A DNA stretch of 64,000 nt from a virus, in the IMG/VR virus record IMGVR_UViG_3300035704_000002, positions 32,001 to 96,000 of that record, one strand, 5' to 3'. The translations under genes were made by a program, and so were the position numbers. Positions 47,182 through 57,718 of this stretch are shown piece by piece. Position 1 is the first letter of the stretch. The number at the start of each line of letters is the position of its first letter. A model generated the notes under the pieces. It was given only the letters and a program-made list of their open reading frames with translations. It was not told where the DNA came from and searched no databases.

Positions 47182-50100
47182 GTGTCTAACGACATCCTGA
47201 TCAAGGGCACGATGAGCGATGAGATCTCCGCTGCCCTGGCTCGCATCGAGCAACGCCTGGCCGACGTCGAACGCAAACTCGCCGAGGTCGGCACCGCCGG
47301 CCGCACCATGGGCGACGGGGTGGACGCGGGCGCCAGCAAGGCTAGTCGCTCCATCGACAAGGCCGGCCGTTCAGCCGAGACCGCCGCACCGAAGATCAAG
47401 AAGGCGGGCGACGAGGCCGAGAAGGCCGGCGCCAAGGCCGGCTTGGGCTCCAAGGGGTTCAAGGACTTCGCCGACAAGGTCGAGAAGGCCGGGAAGAAAA
47501 GCTCTGACTTTGCGGCCATCACCTCCGCGTTCCGCTTCGGCGCGATCGGCACCGGCATCTACGCGGCCCTGGGTGCCATCTCCGCACTCGGTGCCGGCAG
47601 CGTCGTCGCCGTGGCGCACGTCGCGCCCCTGCTGCTCAACCTGCTCAACCTCGCGCCCGCCGGCCTGGCCGCCGCCGCCGCCATGGCCGTGTTCAAGCTG
47701 ACCAGCACCCAACTGGCCGGCCCGATCACGCAGATCAAAAACGGATTCTCAGGACTGGGTAACGAAATCGCGGGCGGCGGCCTGCTCAAGGGCGTGCAGA
47801 CCCTGGCCAACGACCTACGCCCACTGGAAAAGCTGTCCGGCCAGGGTCTGCGCATGGTGGGCGGTGACATCGGCTACGCCGCCGGCCAGCTCGGCAAGTT
47901 CATCAAACAGGGCAGCACTCTTGACTCCATACGTCAGATCTTCGATGGCATCAGTCCGATCGTCTCGCATGTCCTCGATGCGCTGATCGTCATGCTGCCG
48001 GCCGTGCTCGCGGCGATCAAGGCGATCATCCCCGTCACCGACAAAATGGCCTACAGCCTGGACAACGTGGCCGGCATTTTCAGCGCGTGGGTGCAGCAGG
48101 CGGCCGCATCCGGCTCTATCACACGCTGGATGACCGCCGCCTGGATGGGTCTGCACACCGCCGGAACGATCCTATGGAACATTCTGGTGGCGTTGTTCAA
48201 CATCTTCCGCGACGCCTATAGCGCTTCGCAGAATCTCGGCGGTGGCATCCTCGGGATTACCCAGCGCTTCCGTGACTGGACCAGCAGCGTGTCCGGGCAA
48301 GCCAGCATCCAGAAGTATTTCGCTGACGCCATGCCGGTCGTACACGACCTAGGTGTACTGCTGGGCTCGGTGCTGCGCATGATCGGGCACATCGCCGGAG
48401 GGTCGAACATCGGTCCGCTGCTGAATCTGATCCAGTCTCAACTCGTGCCGGCGCTGGGTGCCCTACTCACCCACTTGACCGCTGTGGGCAGCTTCGGGCC
48501 GGCCATCGTCACGCTCGCGTCTAATCTGATCAAGATCTTCTCCGGCCTCGGATTCTCCGGTTTGTCGGTCGCCGTTAACGCACTCGTGGCTATCTCGAAC
48601 TGGCTGGTGCAGCTACAGAAGACCGTCCCCGCTTTCAATGTGGTGGTATCCGCGCTACTGACGACCTTCCTGGCGTTCAAGTTGGTCACGCCAATTCTTC
48701 AGGGCATCGGCGCCGCGCTCCAGTTCATGACGAAGATTCCCGCGATCATCGCCGGTGTTTCGTCGGCCATGGAAACGATGGGTATCGTCGGGCTCTACGC
48801 CATGGACGCCCTGTCGGCCGGAATAGGCGCGGTAGGAACCGCTATCGATGCCGCGTTCGTCTCGACACCGATTGGCTGGATCGTTCTGGCGATTATCGCG
48901 GTAATCGCGATAGTCGTCATTTTGTGGACTAAGTGCGCCTGGTTCCGCGATGCCGTCAAGGCAGTTTGGAATGCGATCAAGATCGCGACGCTGGCTGTGT
49001 GGCGCGCGATACAGGTTGCCTGGAATGCCACGATCAACGCGCTTGTCACGGCAGCCAAGGCTGTCGTGGGGTTTTTCTCGGACATCTGGCGGGCCATCGT
49101 TTCCGTAGCGATGGTGATATGGAACGGGCTCGTTGTCGCCTGGAAATTTATATGGACGATCATCTCCACCTACGTCAGGATTTACATTGACGTGATCAAG
49201 TTCATCATCCAAACTGCCGTCTACATTATCGTAGCGATAATCACGTTGATCGCAATCATCGTCAAGGGCGTCTGGGATCTCATAGCTTTCGGCGCGAATT
49301 GGTTGTGGAAAACCGTACTGCTGCCCATATTTACACTCGTCGGAAGCGTGGCGACATCGACCTGGCAGGGTATATCAGCCATCGCGCAATGGTGCTGGGG
49401 CATTATCGTTGCGGGCGCCCAATGGTTGTGGCTAACCATTCTTCAGCCGATATTCAACCTGGTAGGAATAGTCGCCGGGGCTGTCTGGACCGGAATATCT
49501 GTGGCGGCACAATGGTGCTGGAACATGATCACCGCTGGCGCGAACGCAGTATGGAATGGATTCCTGCACCCGATATTCTCGTTTATCGGGTCGGTCGGCT
49601 CCGCCGTGTGGACCGCCATCGTGACGGCGGCGCAGTGGGCATGGGGGATCATCAAGTCCGTTTGGTCTGCTGTGTCCGGTTTCTTCGGTGGCATCTGGTC
49701 CGGCGTCGAAGCCGGCGCGAAAGCCGTATGGGGCGGCATCGGCAACGTGATCAGCGGCGTCGGCAACGTCGTGTCCGGCGTGTGGAACGCCATCGTCGGC
49801 GCGGTCAAGTCGGTGTGGAACTTCATCGCGAAGGGCTGGAACTCCATCCCCGACATCCACGTTCCGGACTGGGTTCCCGGCATCGGCGGCGACACATTCG
49901 GCCTGCCCAAGCTGCCCGTGCTTTACCGGGGCGGCCCCACGCCCGGCGGCCCCGCCGTCGTCGGCGAGCACGGCCCCGAACTGCTCGTGCGCAACAACAG
50001 CATCACGCAGGTGCTGGGCGCCCGTGGCCCCCAGATCGCCGACCTGCCACGCGGCGGCTACGTCGTCCCCAACTTCCGCACCATCGCCGCCGGTATGGCT

Positions 50101-50352
50101 CGACCCATCCCCGCCTCCGTGGCCGCCGCCATCGCCCACTCCGGCACCCAGGCCGCCGCGTCCGCCGGTGGTGACCGCGTCCTGCAACGCATTCTCGCCG
50201 AGCTGGTCAACGCGCTACGCGAACAACGACCACCCATCAACGTCGCACCCGGTGCCGACCACGTGCGCGACCAGGTGCTGGATGCCCTGCGCGACCGCGA
50301 CCGGGAAACCCGCGCGGCCGGCCGCTACGCCTACACCGCCGGACGGGGCTGA
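47182..50352 (+). CDS. Tape measure protein
   Basis: Ala/Gly helical sequence, periodic Trp repeats, VGEHGPEL. Confidence 0.92.
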   Translation: MSNDILIKGTMSDEISAALARIEQRLADVERKLAEVGTAGRTMGDGVDAGASKASRSIDKAGRSAETAAPKIKKAGDEAEKAGAKAGLGSKGFKDFADKVEKAGKKSSDFAAITSAFRFGAIGTGIYAALGAISALGAGSVVAVAHVAPLLLNLLNLAPAGLAAAAAMAVFKLTSTQLAGPITQIKNGFSGLGNEIAGGGLLKGVQTLANDLRPLEKLSGQGLRMVGGDIGYAAGQLGKFIKQGSTLDSIRQIFDGISPIVSHVLDALIVMLPAVLAAIKAIIPVTDKMAYSLDNVAGIFSAWVQQAAASGSITRWMTAAWMGLHTAGTILWNILVALFNIFRDAYSASQNLGGGILGITQRFRDWTSSVSGQASIQKYFADAMPVVHDLGVLLGSVLRMIGHIAGGSNIGPLLNLIQSQLVPALGALLTHLTAVGSFGPAIVTLASNLIKIFSGLGFSGLSVAVNALVAISNWLVQLQKTVPAFNVVVSALLTTFLAFKLVTPILQGIGAALQFMTKIPAIIAGVSSAMETMGIVGLYAMDALSAGIGAVGTAIDAAFVSTPIGWIVLAIIAVIAIVVILWTKCAWFRDAVKAVWNAIKIATLAVWRAIQVAWNATINALVTAAKAVVGFFSDIWRAIVSVAMVIWNGLVVAWKFIWTIISTYVRIYIDVIKFIIQTAVYIIVAIITLIAIIVKGVWDLIAFGANWLWKTVLLPIFTLVGSVATSTWQGISAIAQWCWGIIVAGAQWLWLTILQPIFNLVGIVAGAVWTGISVAAQWCWNMITAGANAVWNGFLHPIFSFIGSVGSAVWTAIVTAAQWAWGIIKSVWSAVSGFFGGIWSGVEAGAKAVWGGIGNVISGVGNVVSGVWNAIVGAVKSVWNFIAKGWNSIPDIHVPDWVPGIGGDTFGLPKLPVLYRGGPTPGGPAVVGEHGPELLVRNNSITQVLGARGPQIADLPRGGYVVPNFRTIAAGMARPIPASVAAAIAHSGTQAAASAGGDRVLQRILAELVNALREQRPPINVAPGADHVRDQVLDALRDRDRETRAAGRYAYTAGRG

Positions 50353-50354
50353 GC

Positions 50355-51041
50355 ATGACACTGACCGTGATCCGCGACCCGCTGTCCGGCCTGAGCTTCA
50401 CCGCCATTGCCAGCGCCCGAATGTATATCTATGCCGAAACCACGGGCACGCTCACGCTCACCGCGCCCTACGCTCCGCAGGAGATCCAGTACGACGGCTT
50501 CGCCCAGGACTGGCAGACCGCCGATCGATCCGGCAGTACACCGCTACTACTGCGCAAGGGACAGCCCCTCAAGACGATCAAGTTCTCGCTGACGTTCGCC
50601 AACCCCAACCCGTTCACCGTGCAAACCGGCCAGTTCGCGGCACTCACCGCGCTGGCGGCCACCTCGGAGCGTGTGCTGGTCCGCTATGGACCCAACGAGG
50701 CGGGACTGTGGCGCATCACGGCGTGCTCCATGACTTCTGTACGCCGGCACCCGGACACCAACGAGATCACCAACATGACGGCGTCGGTCACCATGACGCA
50801 GGCATCCGATGCCGCGCCCGCCGTCGGCCCGATCACACCGCCCGCCCCGCCGGCACCGCCGCCGCCTTCCTCATGGCCCGCCCCGCGCAGCTACGTCGTT
50901 GTCAGGGGTGACTGTCTCTGGAACATCGCAAAACGGTATTATGGGTCAGGACCCCTATGGCCACGTATTTTCGACGCAAATCGGACAATTATTAAGAACC
51001 CAAACCTCATCTTTCCCGGTCAGAGATTTGTGATCCCATGA
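50355..51041 (+). CDS. LysM-containing tail tube initiator/baseplate protein
   Basis: YVVVRGDCLWNIAKRYYG..W.RIFDAN..NPNLIFPGQ. Confidence 0.88.
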   Translation: MTLTVIRDPLSGLSFTAIASARMYIYAETTGTLTLTAPYAPQEIQYDGFAQDWQTADRSGSTPLLLRKGQPLKTIKFSLTFANPNPFTVQTGQFAALTALAATSERVLVRYGPNEAGLWRITACSMTSVRRHPDTNEITNMTASVTMTQASDAAPAVGPITPPAPPAPPPPSSWPAPRSYVVVRGDCLWNIAKRYYGSGPLWPRIFDANRTIIKNPNLIFPGQRFVIP

Positions 51042-51077
51042 GGTCAGAGCATCGTTTTGGTAAGGTACCATCGCCCC

Positions 51078-51701
51078 ATGAAAACGATCAAGTGGGGCGA
51101 CTCGCGCCTACCTGCCCGCTTCTGGATCAAGATTCGCATCAACCCACAGACTGGGTGCTGGGAGTGGATCAACCCACTGGACAAGGATGGCTATGCCCAC
51201 TTCCGCCTCGCCGGATCACCAACTCGAATCGCGCACCGAATTGCCTACCTCGTACTGGTTGGACCAATCCCCGAGGCAACACTGAATCACGACTGCCGGA
51301 TACGACACTGTGTGAACCCCAATCGTGGGCATGCTGCAACACCCATGTCCAGCGAAAACAATGTACGCGAAGGCAAGGCGCGCATCACTCACTGTCCCCA
51401 TGGGCATGCCTATACCGAGGCGAACACCATGATGACCGGCCCGACCAAACGCAGTCGAGCGTGTCGCACTTGCTACAACGCAAAGTCGAAAAAGTATTGG
51501 CGCACAACGCAGAGACACAGAGAGAAAGAAGCACGTCGCGCGGCTGGCTATCGCGGAAGTGTAGCCGAGACCGCCACATGCAAATACGGACATCCACGAA
51601 CCAAGAGGAACACCTATACGACACCCAGCGGCTACAAAACGTGTCGCGTGTGCCGTCACGAACGCTCTACGGCCTACAACAAGGTCGGTCGCGCCAAGTA
51701 G
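51078..51701 (+). CDS. Free-standing HNH endonuclease
   Basis: RFW.KI..GCWEW..GY..AHR..H.C..CVNP; two C..GH / C..C modules; TACCAT 6 nt before ATG. Confidence 0.9.
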   Translation: MKTIKWGDSRLPARFWIKIRINPQTGCWEWINPLDKDGYAHFRLAGSPTRIAHRIAYLVLVGPIPEATLNHDCRIRHCVNPNRGHAATPMSSENNVREGKARITHCPHGHAYTEANTMMTGPTKRSRACRTCYNAKSKKYWRTTQRHREKEARRAAGYRGSVAETATCKYGHPRTKRNTYTTPSGYKTCRVCRHERSTAYNKVGRAK

Positions 51702-51708
51702 GTGCTTC

Positions 51709-53598
51709 GTGACGATCCTGTCCGCCGCACAGGTCGCCGGCCTGGTCAAGAACGCCGGATTCCCCGCCGACGTGCAGGCCACCATGGTCGCGATCTCCAA
51801 AGCGGAGTCCGGCTACAACACCACGGCCACGCACACGAACAACAACGGCACCGTCGACCGTGGTCTGTTCCAGATCAACTCTGTGCACCGCCAGTTCGAC
51901 GGCAACCGGTTGCTGTCCGATCCGCAGTACAACACGAACGCAGCCAAGAGCATCTACGACGGCCAGGGCTTGTCCACGTGGGCCACCTACACCTCGGGTG
52001 CCTTCGAGAAATTCATCAACGAGGCACGGGCCGCCGTGGCGAACGCGGCATCGGTCAACGGATCGTCGGTCACGTCCACCGACTCCAGCAGTAGCAACGG
52101 AACCGGCCAGCAGTCGGTCACCTACGGACCGCCCGGACCGCAGTACACCGACGCCGGCATCGGCACACCATTGACCAGTGCCGAGGAGACCGACTCGCCG
52201 CTGACGGGGTTGCGCGTGCTGGGCAGTGAACTGGGTGGCGACTACGCCAGCGTAGTGATCAACACACCGAGCTATACGGCCGCCATGGAGACGATCCCGA
52301 ACCTGACGTTCACCGTGGCCGACCCCGAGGGAAACTTGTTGTTCCAACAGGCCAACGTCTGGGTCAAGGGTGCCCACGTGGTCTACCAAGACCTGAACAT
52401 GCGCATCGACACCATCGTGTTCGAGCCTGGCACCGTCACCACCGGACAGATCACGGTCACCTGTGTCGATGACATCGTGTGGCGCCTGATGAACCTCACC
52501 GGACCGCGTACCGCGTCCGGGCAGTCGGCGTCGCAGTGGATCGCCGAGGAGATGCGCATCGTCGGTGTCGACCCGGAACAGTGGCTGCTCGCCGAATCCG
52601 TGCCGACGCAATCGCAGATCAGCCGCGACATCCCCGACCAGTCCGGCACGGAGGCCGCCGGCAATCTACCCAGCGCGTGGACCACGATCGTGCGCTTGGC
52701 GCGCGAGTTGGGCAAGCGCGTGTTCATCTCCGGTCGGCGTCTGGTATTCGGGTCCAGCGCGTTTGCCATGCGGTGGACCGCGCCCGCACCGGTGCGCCTG
52801 TCCTGGCATGAGCTGGACTGGTCGGAACGCTTCATCACGATGCCCACCGTCACGCAGTCCTCTGTGTCCAGTAACGCCAATGTCACCGAGGTCACCGGCA
52901 AGATCCCGCTGTCCCGAGCCAAGTATTTCCGTCCCGGCGTACCAGTGATCTTGCGGAGCGTGCCCGGCTTGGCAGCGGCCGACTGGGTGACGATGATGTG
53001 CTTCACGGTCGACTTCACCCTGGGTACCGACACTCAGGGTGCCGACATCACGCTGGCCCTTCCGGTGAACCCGCCTCCCCAACCGCCCACCGGCGGCACC
53101 GCCACGGGCACGAACGCCGGCAGCACCTCCAACGGCGCCAGCGTGTCCGGCGGCGGCGCCGACGGACAGATCGCCAGTTTCGTGGCCCTGGCGCTCCAGC
53201 AGGCCGGCAAGCGCTACGTCTACGGCGCGTACGCCAGCCCCAGCAATCCGAACCCAACGGCGTTCGACTGCTCGGAACTGGTGCAGTGGTGCTGCGAGCG
53301 CACCGGCATCAGCGGCTGCCCACGCACCTCGTCCGAACAGCACCAGTGGTGCGCGTCCAACGGAAAGATCATCGCGGTCAACACCGCGATCAACACCAAG
53401 GGCGCGCTGCTGTTCGCCAACGGGCATGTCGCGATCTCGCTGGGCAACGGGAAGACGATCGAGGCCATGAACGCCCAGGCCGGCGTGCGTCAGGGCAACG
53501 CGCTGGGTGCGCGCGGCTGGATCGACGGCGGCCTGGTCCCCGGCGCCCTGGGCTACCAGGTAGCCGCACCCGCGCCGGCCACCGGCCGAGCGGTCTGA
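51709..53598 (+). CDS. Baseplate hub with lysozyme-like and NlpC/P60 domains
   Basis: AESGYN..DRGLFQIN; YVYGA..FDCSELV..GHVAISLG. Confidence 0.88.
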   Translation: MTILSAAQVAGLVKNAGFPADVQATMVAISKAESGYNTTATHTNNNGTVDRGLFQINSVHRQFDGNRLLSDPQYNTNAAKSIYDGQGLSTWATYTSGAFEKFINEARAAVANAASVNGSSVTSTDSSSSNGTGQQSVTYGPPGPQYTDAGIGTPLTSAEETDSPLTGLRVLGSELGGDYASVVINTPSYTAAMETIPNLTFTVADPEGNLLFQQANVWVKGAHVVYQDLNMRIDTIVFEPGTVTTGQITVTCVDDIVWRLMNLTGPRTASGQSASQWIAEEMRIVGVDPEQWLLAESVPTQSQISRDIPDQSGTEAAGNLPSAWTTIVRLARELGKRVFISGRRLVFGSSAFAMRWTAPAPVRLSWHELDWSERFITMPTVTQSSVSSNANVTEVTGKIPLSRAKYFRPGVPVILRSVPGLAAADWVTMMCFTVDFTLGTDTQGADITLALPVNPPPQPPTGGTATGTNAGSTSNGASVSGGGADGQIASFVALALQQAGKRYVYGAYASPSNPNPTAFDCSELVQWCCERTGISGCPRTSSEQHQWCASNGKIIAVNTAINTKGALLFANGHVAISLGNGKTIEAMNAQAGVRQGNALGARGWIDGGLVPGALGYQVAAPAPATGRAV

Positions 53599-53615
53599 CG
53601 AGAGGGAGAACGATC

Positions 53616-54083
53616 ATGTCGGCACTGCACACCGTCGCCGCGCTGTGGCGCCACCATCCGGCCGTGCGCACCGGCGAGCAGCTCACCGGTGCCGAGCGGT
53701 TCGGTGAGGCCGTCGTCAACGGGATGGGCTCGCTGCGATTCCTGGCTTGGCAGACCGTTGTTGTCGCCCTGTGGATCGTGCTCAACCTGGCCGTGGTGAT
53801 ACTGCGCTGGGATGCCTATCCGTTCATCCTGCTCAACCTGGCCTTCTCCACCCAGGCCGCCTACGCCGCGCCGCTGATCCTGCTCGGCGGCAAATCCTCC
53901 GACCGCCGCAACAGCGAGGTCGCCCTGGGATCGCTGCGCGCGGATGAGGAGAACCGGGCGCTGGTCCGCCTGCTGTGTGCCCGCGCCGGCATCACGCTCG
54001 AGGAGATCGACCAGGCCGTGGCGACGTGCCACACGATGCCCGCACTACTTCCATCGGGTGAACCTCCCGAAATCAGTACGTGA
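53616..54083 (+). CDS. DUF1003 membrane protein
   Basis: WDAYPFILLNLAFSTQAAYAAPLIL. Confidence 0.9.
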   Translation: MSALHTVAALWRHHPAVRTGEQLTGAERFGEAVVNGMGSLRFLAWQTVVVALWIVLNLAVVILRWDAYPFILLNLAFSTQAAYAAPLILLGGKSSDRRNSEVALGSLRADEENRALVRLLCARAGITLEEIDQAVATCHTMPALLPSGEPPEIST

Positions 54084-54126
54084 TCACGGCCTCTTGATCG
54101 GTTCATCCAGTGAAAGGCCATGCGCG

Positions 54127-56181
54127 ATGACCTCGCACCAGATCACACCGACCCCGTCACCGCCCGCCATCCCCGGCCAGTACGGCTCCCTGCTCCGTGG
54201 CCGCGTGCTCAAGGCTGGCCCGATCACCGGCACATGGATGGTGTCGGTACCCGCCGCCGCGCCGGGCAGCTCCTGGGGGCCGATGTCCTCCCTGGCGCCG
54301 GATATCGTCGCGGGCGACCTCGTACTGCTCGCCCAGGTCGGCACCACCCGTGGTGATCTGGTCATCATCGGCAAGGTGCCCGGCGCCTACCCGGCGTACG
54401 GCAGCCTGCCGGGACTCACCGCCGCGCTGGCCGCGCTGAGCAGTGGAGAGGCCAGCCTGAACGCCAGTGTGACCAGCTTGAACACTGGCGTGGCCAGCCT
54501 GAACACCACCGTGGCGACGACCGTTCGTCACGGCGACCTGATGATCAACGCGAAGGACTACGGCGCGAAGATCGACGGGCGCCGGCTGCGCAACATCACC
54601 GCGACCGCCGCCGGCACCACCGTCACTGACAACTCCGGCCTGGCCAACTTCACCTCGGCCGACGTCGGCAAGAAGTGTGCGGTGTACCTCGATGGCGACC
54701 AGGACACCACGAGCGTGGTCGGCACCGTCACCACCATCGCGGCCGTGGTGGACGCCACGCACGTCACGTTGAGCGTCGTCGCCGGCCTCACCGCCAGCGG
54801 CACCAGTGCCTACTTTCTGTACGGCACCGACGACAGCACCGCCCTGGCCGCCGCGTTCACCGCCGCCGCCACCTTGACCAGCGTCGACACCACTGTCGGC
54901 CCCAACGAACCGCAGGGACTCGGCCGCCCGACTGTCCTGATACCGGCCAGTAGTCCCGCCAGTCTCTGTGTCCTGGGCTCCGCGCTCACCGTGCCCTCGG
55001 GTACGGCCCTGCTCGCGCAGTCCTTCCTTGCCAACCTGCTCGCCGACCGGTTCGCGCCCTGCCTGATCGTCAACCCCTACGCCCGGCTGGCCGACCTGCT
55101 GGGCATCGAAGTGCTTTACGGCACCGGCGTGCAACTCGGTAACGCCGCCGGCACACAGGCCGATGTGCACTTCGGCAGCCTGGTGCTGTGGCATGTGGGC
55201 AAAACGCGCGAAGTCGGTGGCGCCACCCGCTATCCTGACGCCGTGGCCGCCCTGGGATACGGCTTCCTGGGCGGCCTCATCTGGACCAAGGGTGGCGCCC
55301 GCGCCCTGTCCATGAACGCCGGCAGCGACATGATGCTGGACCGGCTGTTCGCCATCGGCGCGCACTGCGCCGTGTCCATGTCGCAGAGCAACCAAGTTTC
55401 CCTTGGCGAGATCACGATGGACTCGTGCGGCATCGTCGGGGGCGGCTACAACGGCATCGAGCTGGACAACGCGTGTTCCGATATCCGGCTGGCCGCCAAG
55501 GCGTTCGTCATCACCGGATCCACTCGCAGCCTGGACAACGTCCTGATCATCGGCAAGACCAGCACGAACAAGTGCGTCGACATTCGAGCCGAGATCAGCG
55601 CGCAGGCAACCGGCGGCGTGGCGTTGAGCCTGGCCAACGCCCAGGACATCGATGTCACCGTACTGGCTTCCAACACCGCCTCACCCAGCTCCGGCGGCGG
55701 CAACGTGACTACCGCCGTGGCGTTCGGCACCGTGGCCGGCTCGTGCCGGGTGGCCAGCGAGATGAACGGCAGCATCACGCCCTACACCGGTACGCCACCC
55801 GGCATCTACCGCTACACCCGTGGCGGGGTGGAGTACCGCGTCCAGGGCGGCTCCGCACCGGCCGGCGCGGCCGTGACGGCCAACGGTACGAGCCCGCCCG
55901 CGCCCACCGTTACCGGTAACGATCAGCGTGGCAGCGTGTCGTTCGGGTCCGGCACCGGACCCACCACGGGAACGCAAGTCACGCTCACGTTCGCCAGCGC
56001 CACCGGCTGGGTCACCACCGCGCCCTACGTCCAGTTGCAGGCGCTCAACGCGGCCACGACCGCACTCCAGCCCTACGTCGCCAGTTGCACCGCGACCGTG
56101 CTGAGCATCGGATTCGGTGTCGCGCCCACCGCCGGCCAGGCTGTTGGCACCTACAAGCTCGGCTATCGGATCGAGGGCTAA
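54127..56181 (+). CDS. Baseplate spike-like N-terminus fused to beta-helix tailspike
   Basis: GDLVLL..LVIIG OB-like start, heptad linker, INAKDYGAK.DG and GTDDSTA. Confidence 0.65.
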   Translation: MTSHQITPTPSPPAIPGQYGSLLRGRVLKAGPITGTWMVSVPAAAPGSSWGPMSSLAPDIVAGDLVLLAQVGTTRGDLVIIGKVPGAYPAYGSLPGLTAALAALSSGEASLNASVTSLNTGVASLNTTVATTVRHGDLMINAKDYGAKIDGRRLRNITATAAGTTVTDNSGLANFTSADVGKKCAVYLDGDQDTTSVVGTVTTIAAVVDATHVTLSVVAGLTASGTSAYFLYGTDDSTALAAAFTAAATLTSVDTTVGPNEPQGLGRPTVLIPASSPASLCVLGSALTVPSGTALLAQSFLANLLADRFAPCLIVNPYARLADLLGIEVLYGTGVQLGNAAGTQADVHFGSLVLWHVGKTREVGGATRYPDAVAALGYGFLGGLIWTKGGARALSMNAGSDMMLDRLFAIGAHCAVSMSQSNQVSLGEITMDSCGIVGGGYNGIELDNACSDIRLAAKAFVITGSTRSLDNVLIIGKTSTNKCVDIRAEISAQATGGVALSLANAQDIDVTVLASNTASPSSGGGNVTTAVAFGTVAGSCRVASEMNGSITPYTGTPPGIYRYTRGGVEYRVQGGSAPAGAAVTANGTSPPAPTVTGNDQRGSVSFGSGTGPTTGTQVTLTFASATGWVTTAPYVQLQALNAATTALQPYVASCTATVLSIGFGVAPTAGQAVGTYKLGYRIEG

Positions 56182-56245
56182 TGCCCTGCTCAGGACATCA
56201 GCGTGGCTTGCCGGAGTGCTCCGGTGGGCATGCGACGATCCCGTC

Positions 56246-56575
56246 ATGACGGCGCGCGTGATCAGCTTTCCGTTCCGACTGGACCCCACCGGCGCGGTGG
56301 CCACCGTGGAGCAGGACTCCGATCAGGAGATCGAGGAGTCACTGGCGGTGGCCATGCTCGTGCGCCCTGGCGAACGAATCCAGTGCCCCACGTTCGGCGT
56401 GGCCGACCCCGCCTTCGACGGCTTCGTACTGGGCGCACTTCAGCGTCACGCCATCGACTTCGGCCCGGATGTGCAGATCACCCAGGTCGGACAGACTCAA
56501 CTCGCTGACGGCAGCGAACAGGTCACGATCTCCTGGGCGCGCAACGCCCATCCACAGGGAGTGCCCAGCACATGA
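56246..56575 (+). CDS. gp25-like baseplate wedge protein
   Basis: SFPFRL, RPGER..PTFG..DP. Confidence 0.85.
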   Translation: MTARVISFPFRLDPTGAVATVEQDSDQEIEESLAVAMLVRPGERIQCPTFGVADPAFDGFVLGALQRHAIDFGPDVQITQVGQTQLADGSEQVTISWARNAHPQGVPST

Positions 56576-57717
56576 CGCAACCATCACCGGACATCACCGC
56601 CTACGTGGACCTGCGTCCGTTCGACCTGTCCGACCAGGACATCATCAACACCGCGCTGGCCAACCTGCGACTGAACCTGCCTGGCTGGATTCCACGCGAG
56701 GGCAACATCGAGTCGCTGATCATCGAGTCGGTCGCACTGGAGATGGCCGAACAGATCGTGGCGATCAACCGCGTACCTGGTGCTGTCGTAGAAGCGATCA
56801 TCACCCTGGCGGGGATCTCCAAGGACTACGGTCAGCCTCCCGACGCGACCGCCACCATCACCTTCGGCGACACACTCGGGCACACACTGCCCACCGGCAC
56901 CCGGGTCTACCTCTCGCTGGGTGACGGCACCTCGGTGACCTTCCTGGTCGAACCACCCGGCCTGACCGTGGCACCCGGTGGCGCCACCGGCACCGTGAGC
57001 CTGATCGGTGACACGTTCACCGCCGCCGCCAACGGCACGCCGATCGGCACCGTCATGGTGCTGGCTGACTCGCTGCCCTACGTCGACTCTGTCGTGCTGC
57101 TCACGGCCGTGGCCGACGGACGTGATCCAGAGACGGACGACTCGTGGCGCAACCGGGGTGTGGAGGAGTTGTCCCGGCTGTCCAGCGCGCTGGTGGTAGC
57201 CAACCAGTTCGTCGCCTACGCCCTGAGCCAGGCCGGCGTGGCCGCCGCGATGTCGTTCGACCAGTACAACCCGACCGGCGGCCACTCACCCGGCGACGAT
57301 CCCGGCTACATGACAGTGGCTGTGCTTGGACCGAACGACACCACGCTGTCCAGTGGCGCGAAGTCTACCTTGCAGGCCGCGATGCAGGCACAGGCCGTTG
57401 CCATCCTGCAAGTCGGCGTGATCGACGCCACGATCGTCACCGTCGCCGTGGCCACCAAGGTCGTGCCCATCGCCGGGGCCGACTTCAGCGTGGTGACCAC
57501 CGCTGTGAGCACCGCCGTCACCACCTACCTCAATCCGCTGAACTGGACCGGCGGATCAACCATCTTCCTGAACGAGATGATCTCCCTGATCGACCAGGTG
57601 GCCGGCGTGGATCGCGTCGTCAACGTCACCCTGGCCGGCACCGGCGCCGACTACGCCATCACCGGGATCGCGGCGCTACCCAAGGCCGGCACGATCACCG
57701 TCACCCAGGGACCGTGA
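56572..57717 (+). CDS. Baseplate J-like protein
   Basis: W.PREGN.E, GRDPETDD.WRNR, YLNP. Confidence 0.9.
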   Translation: MTQPSPDITAYVDLRPFDLSDQDIINTALANLRLNLPGWIPREGNIESLIIESVALEMAEQIVAINRVPGAVVEAIITLAGISKDYGQPPDATATITFGDTLGHTLPTGTRVYLSLGDGTSVTFLVEPPGLTVAPGGATGTVSLIGDTFTAAANGTPIGTVMVLADSLPYVDSVVLLTAVADGRDPETDDSWRNRGVEELSRLSSALVVANQFVAYALSQAGVAAAMSFDQYNPTGGHSPGDDPGYMTVAVLGPNDTTLSSGAKSTLQAAMQAQAVAILQVGVIDATIVTVAVATKVVPIAGADFSVVTTAVSTAVTTYLNPLNWTGGSTIFLNEMISLIDQVAGVDRVVNVTLAGTGADYAITGIAALPKAGTITVTQGP

Positions 57718-57718
57718 C

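Noticed and set aside
48500-49600. Lower-GC stretch in the tape measure as a hidden insertion or antisense gene
   Set aside because: Sense frame continues with typical Trp-periodic repeats rich in Ile/Trp/Phe; antisense ORFs show no motifs
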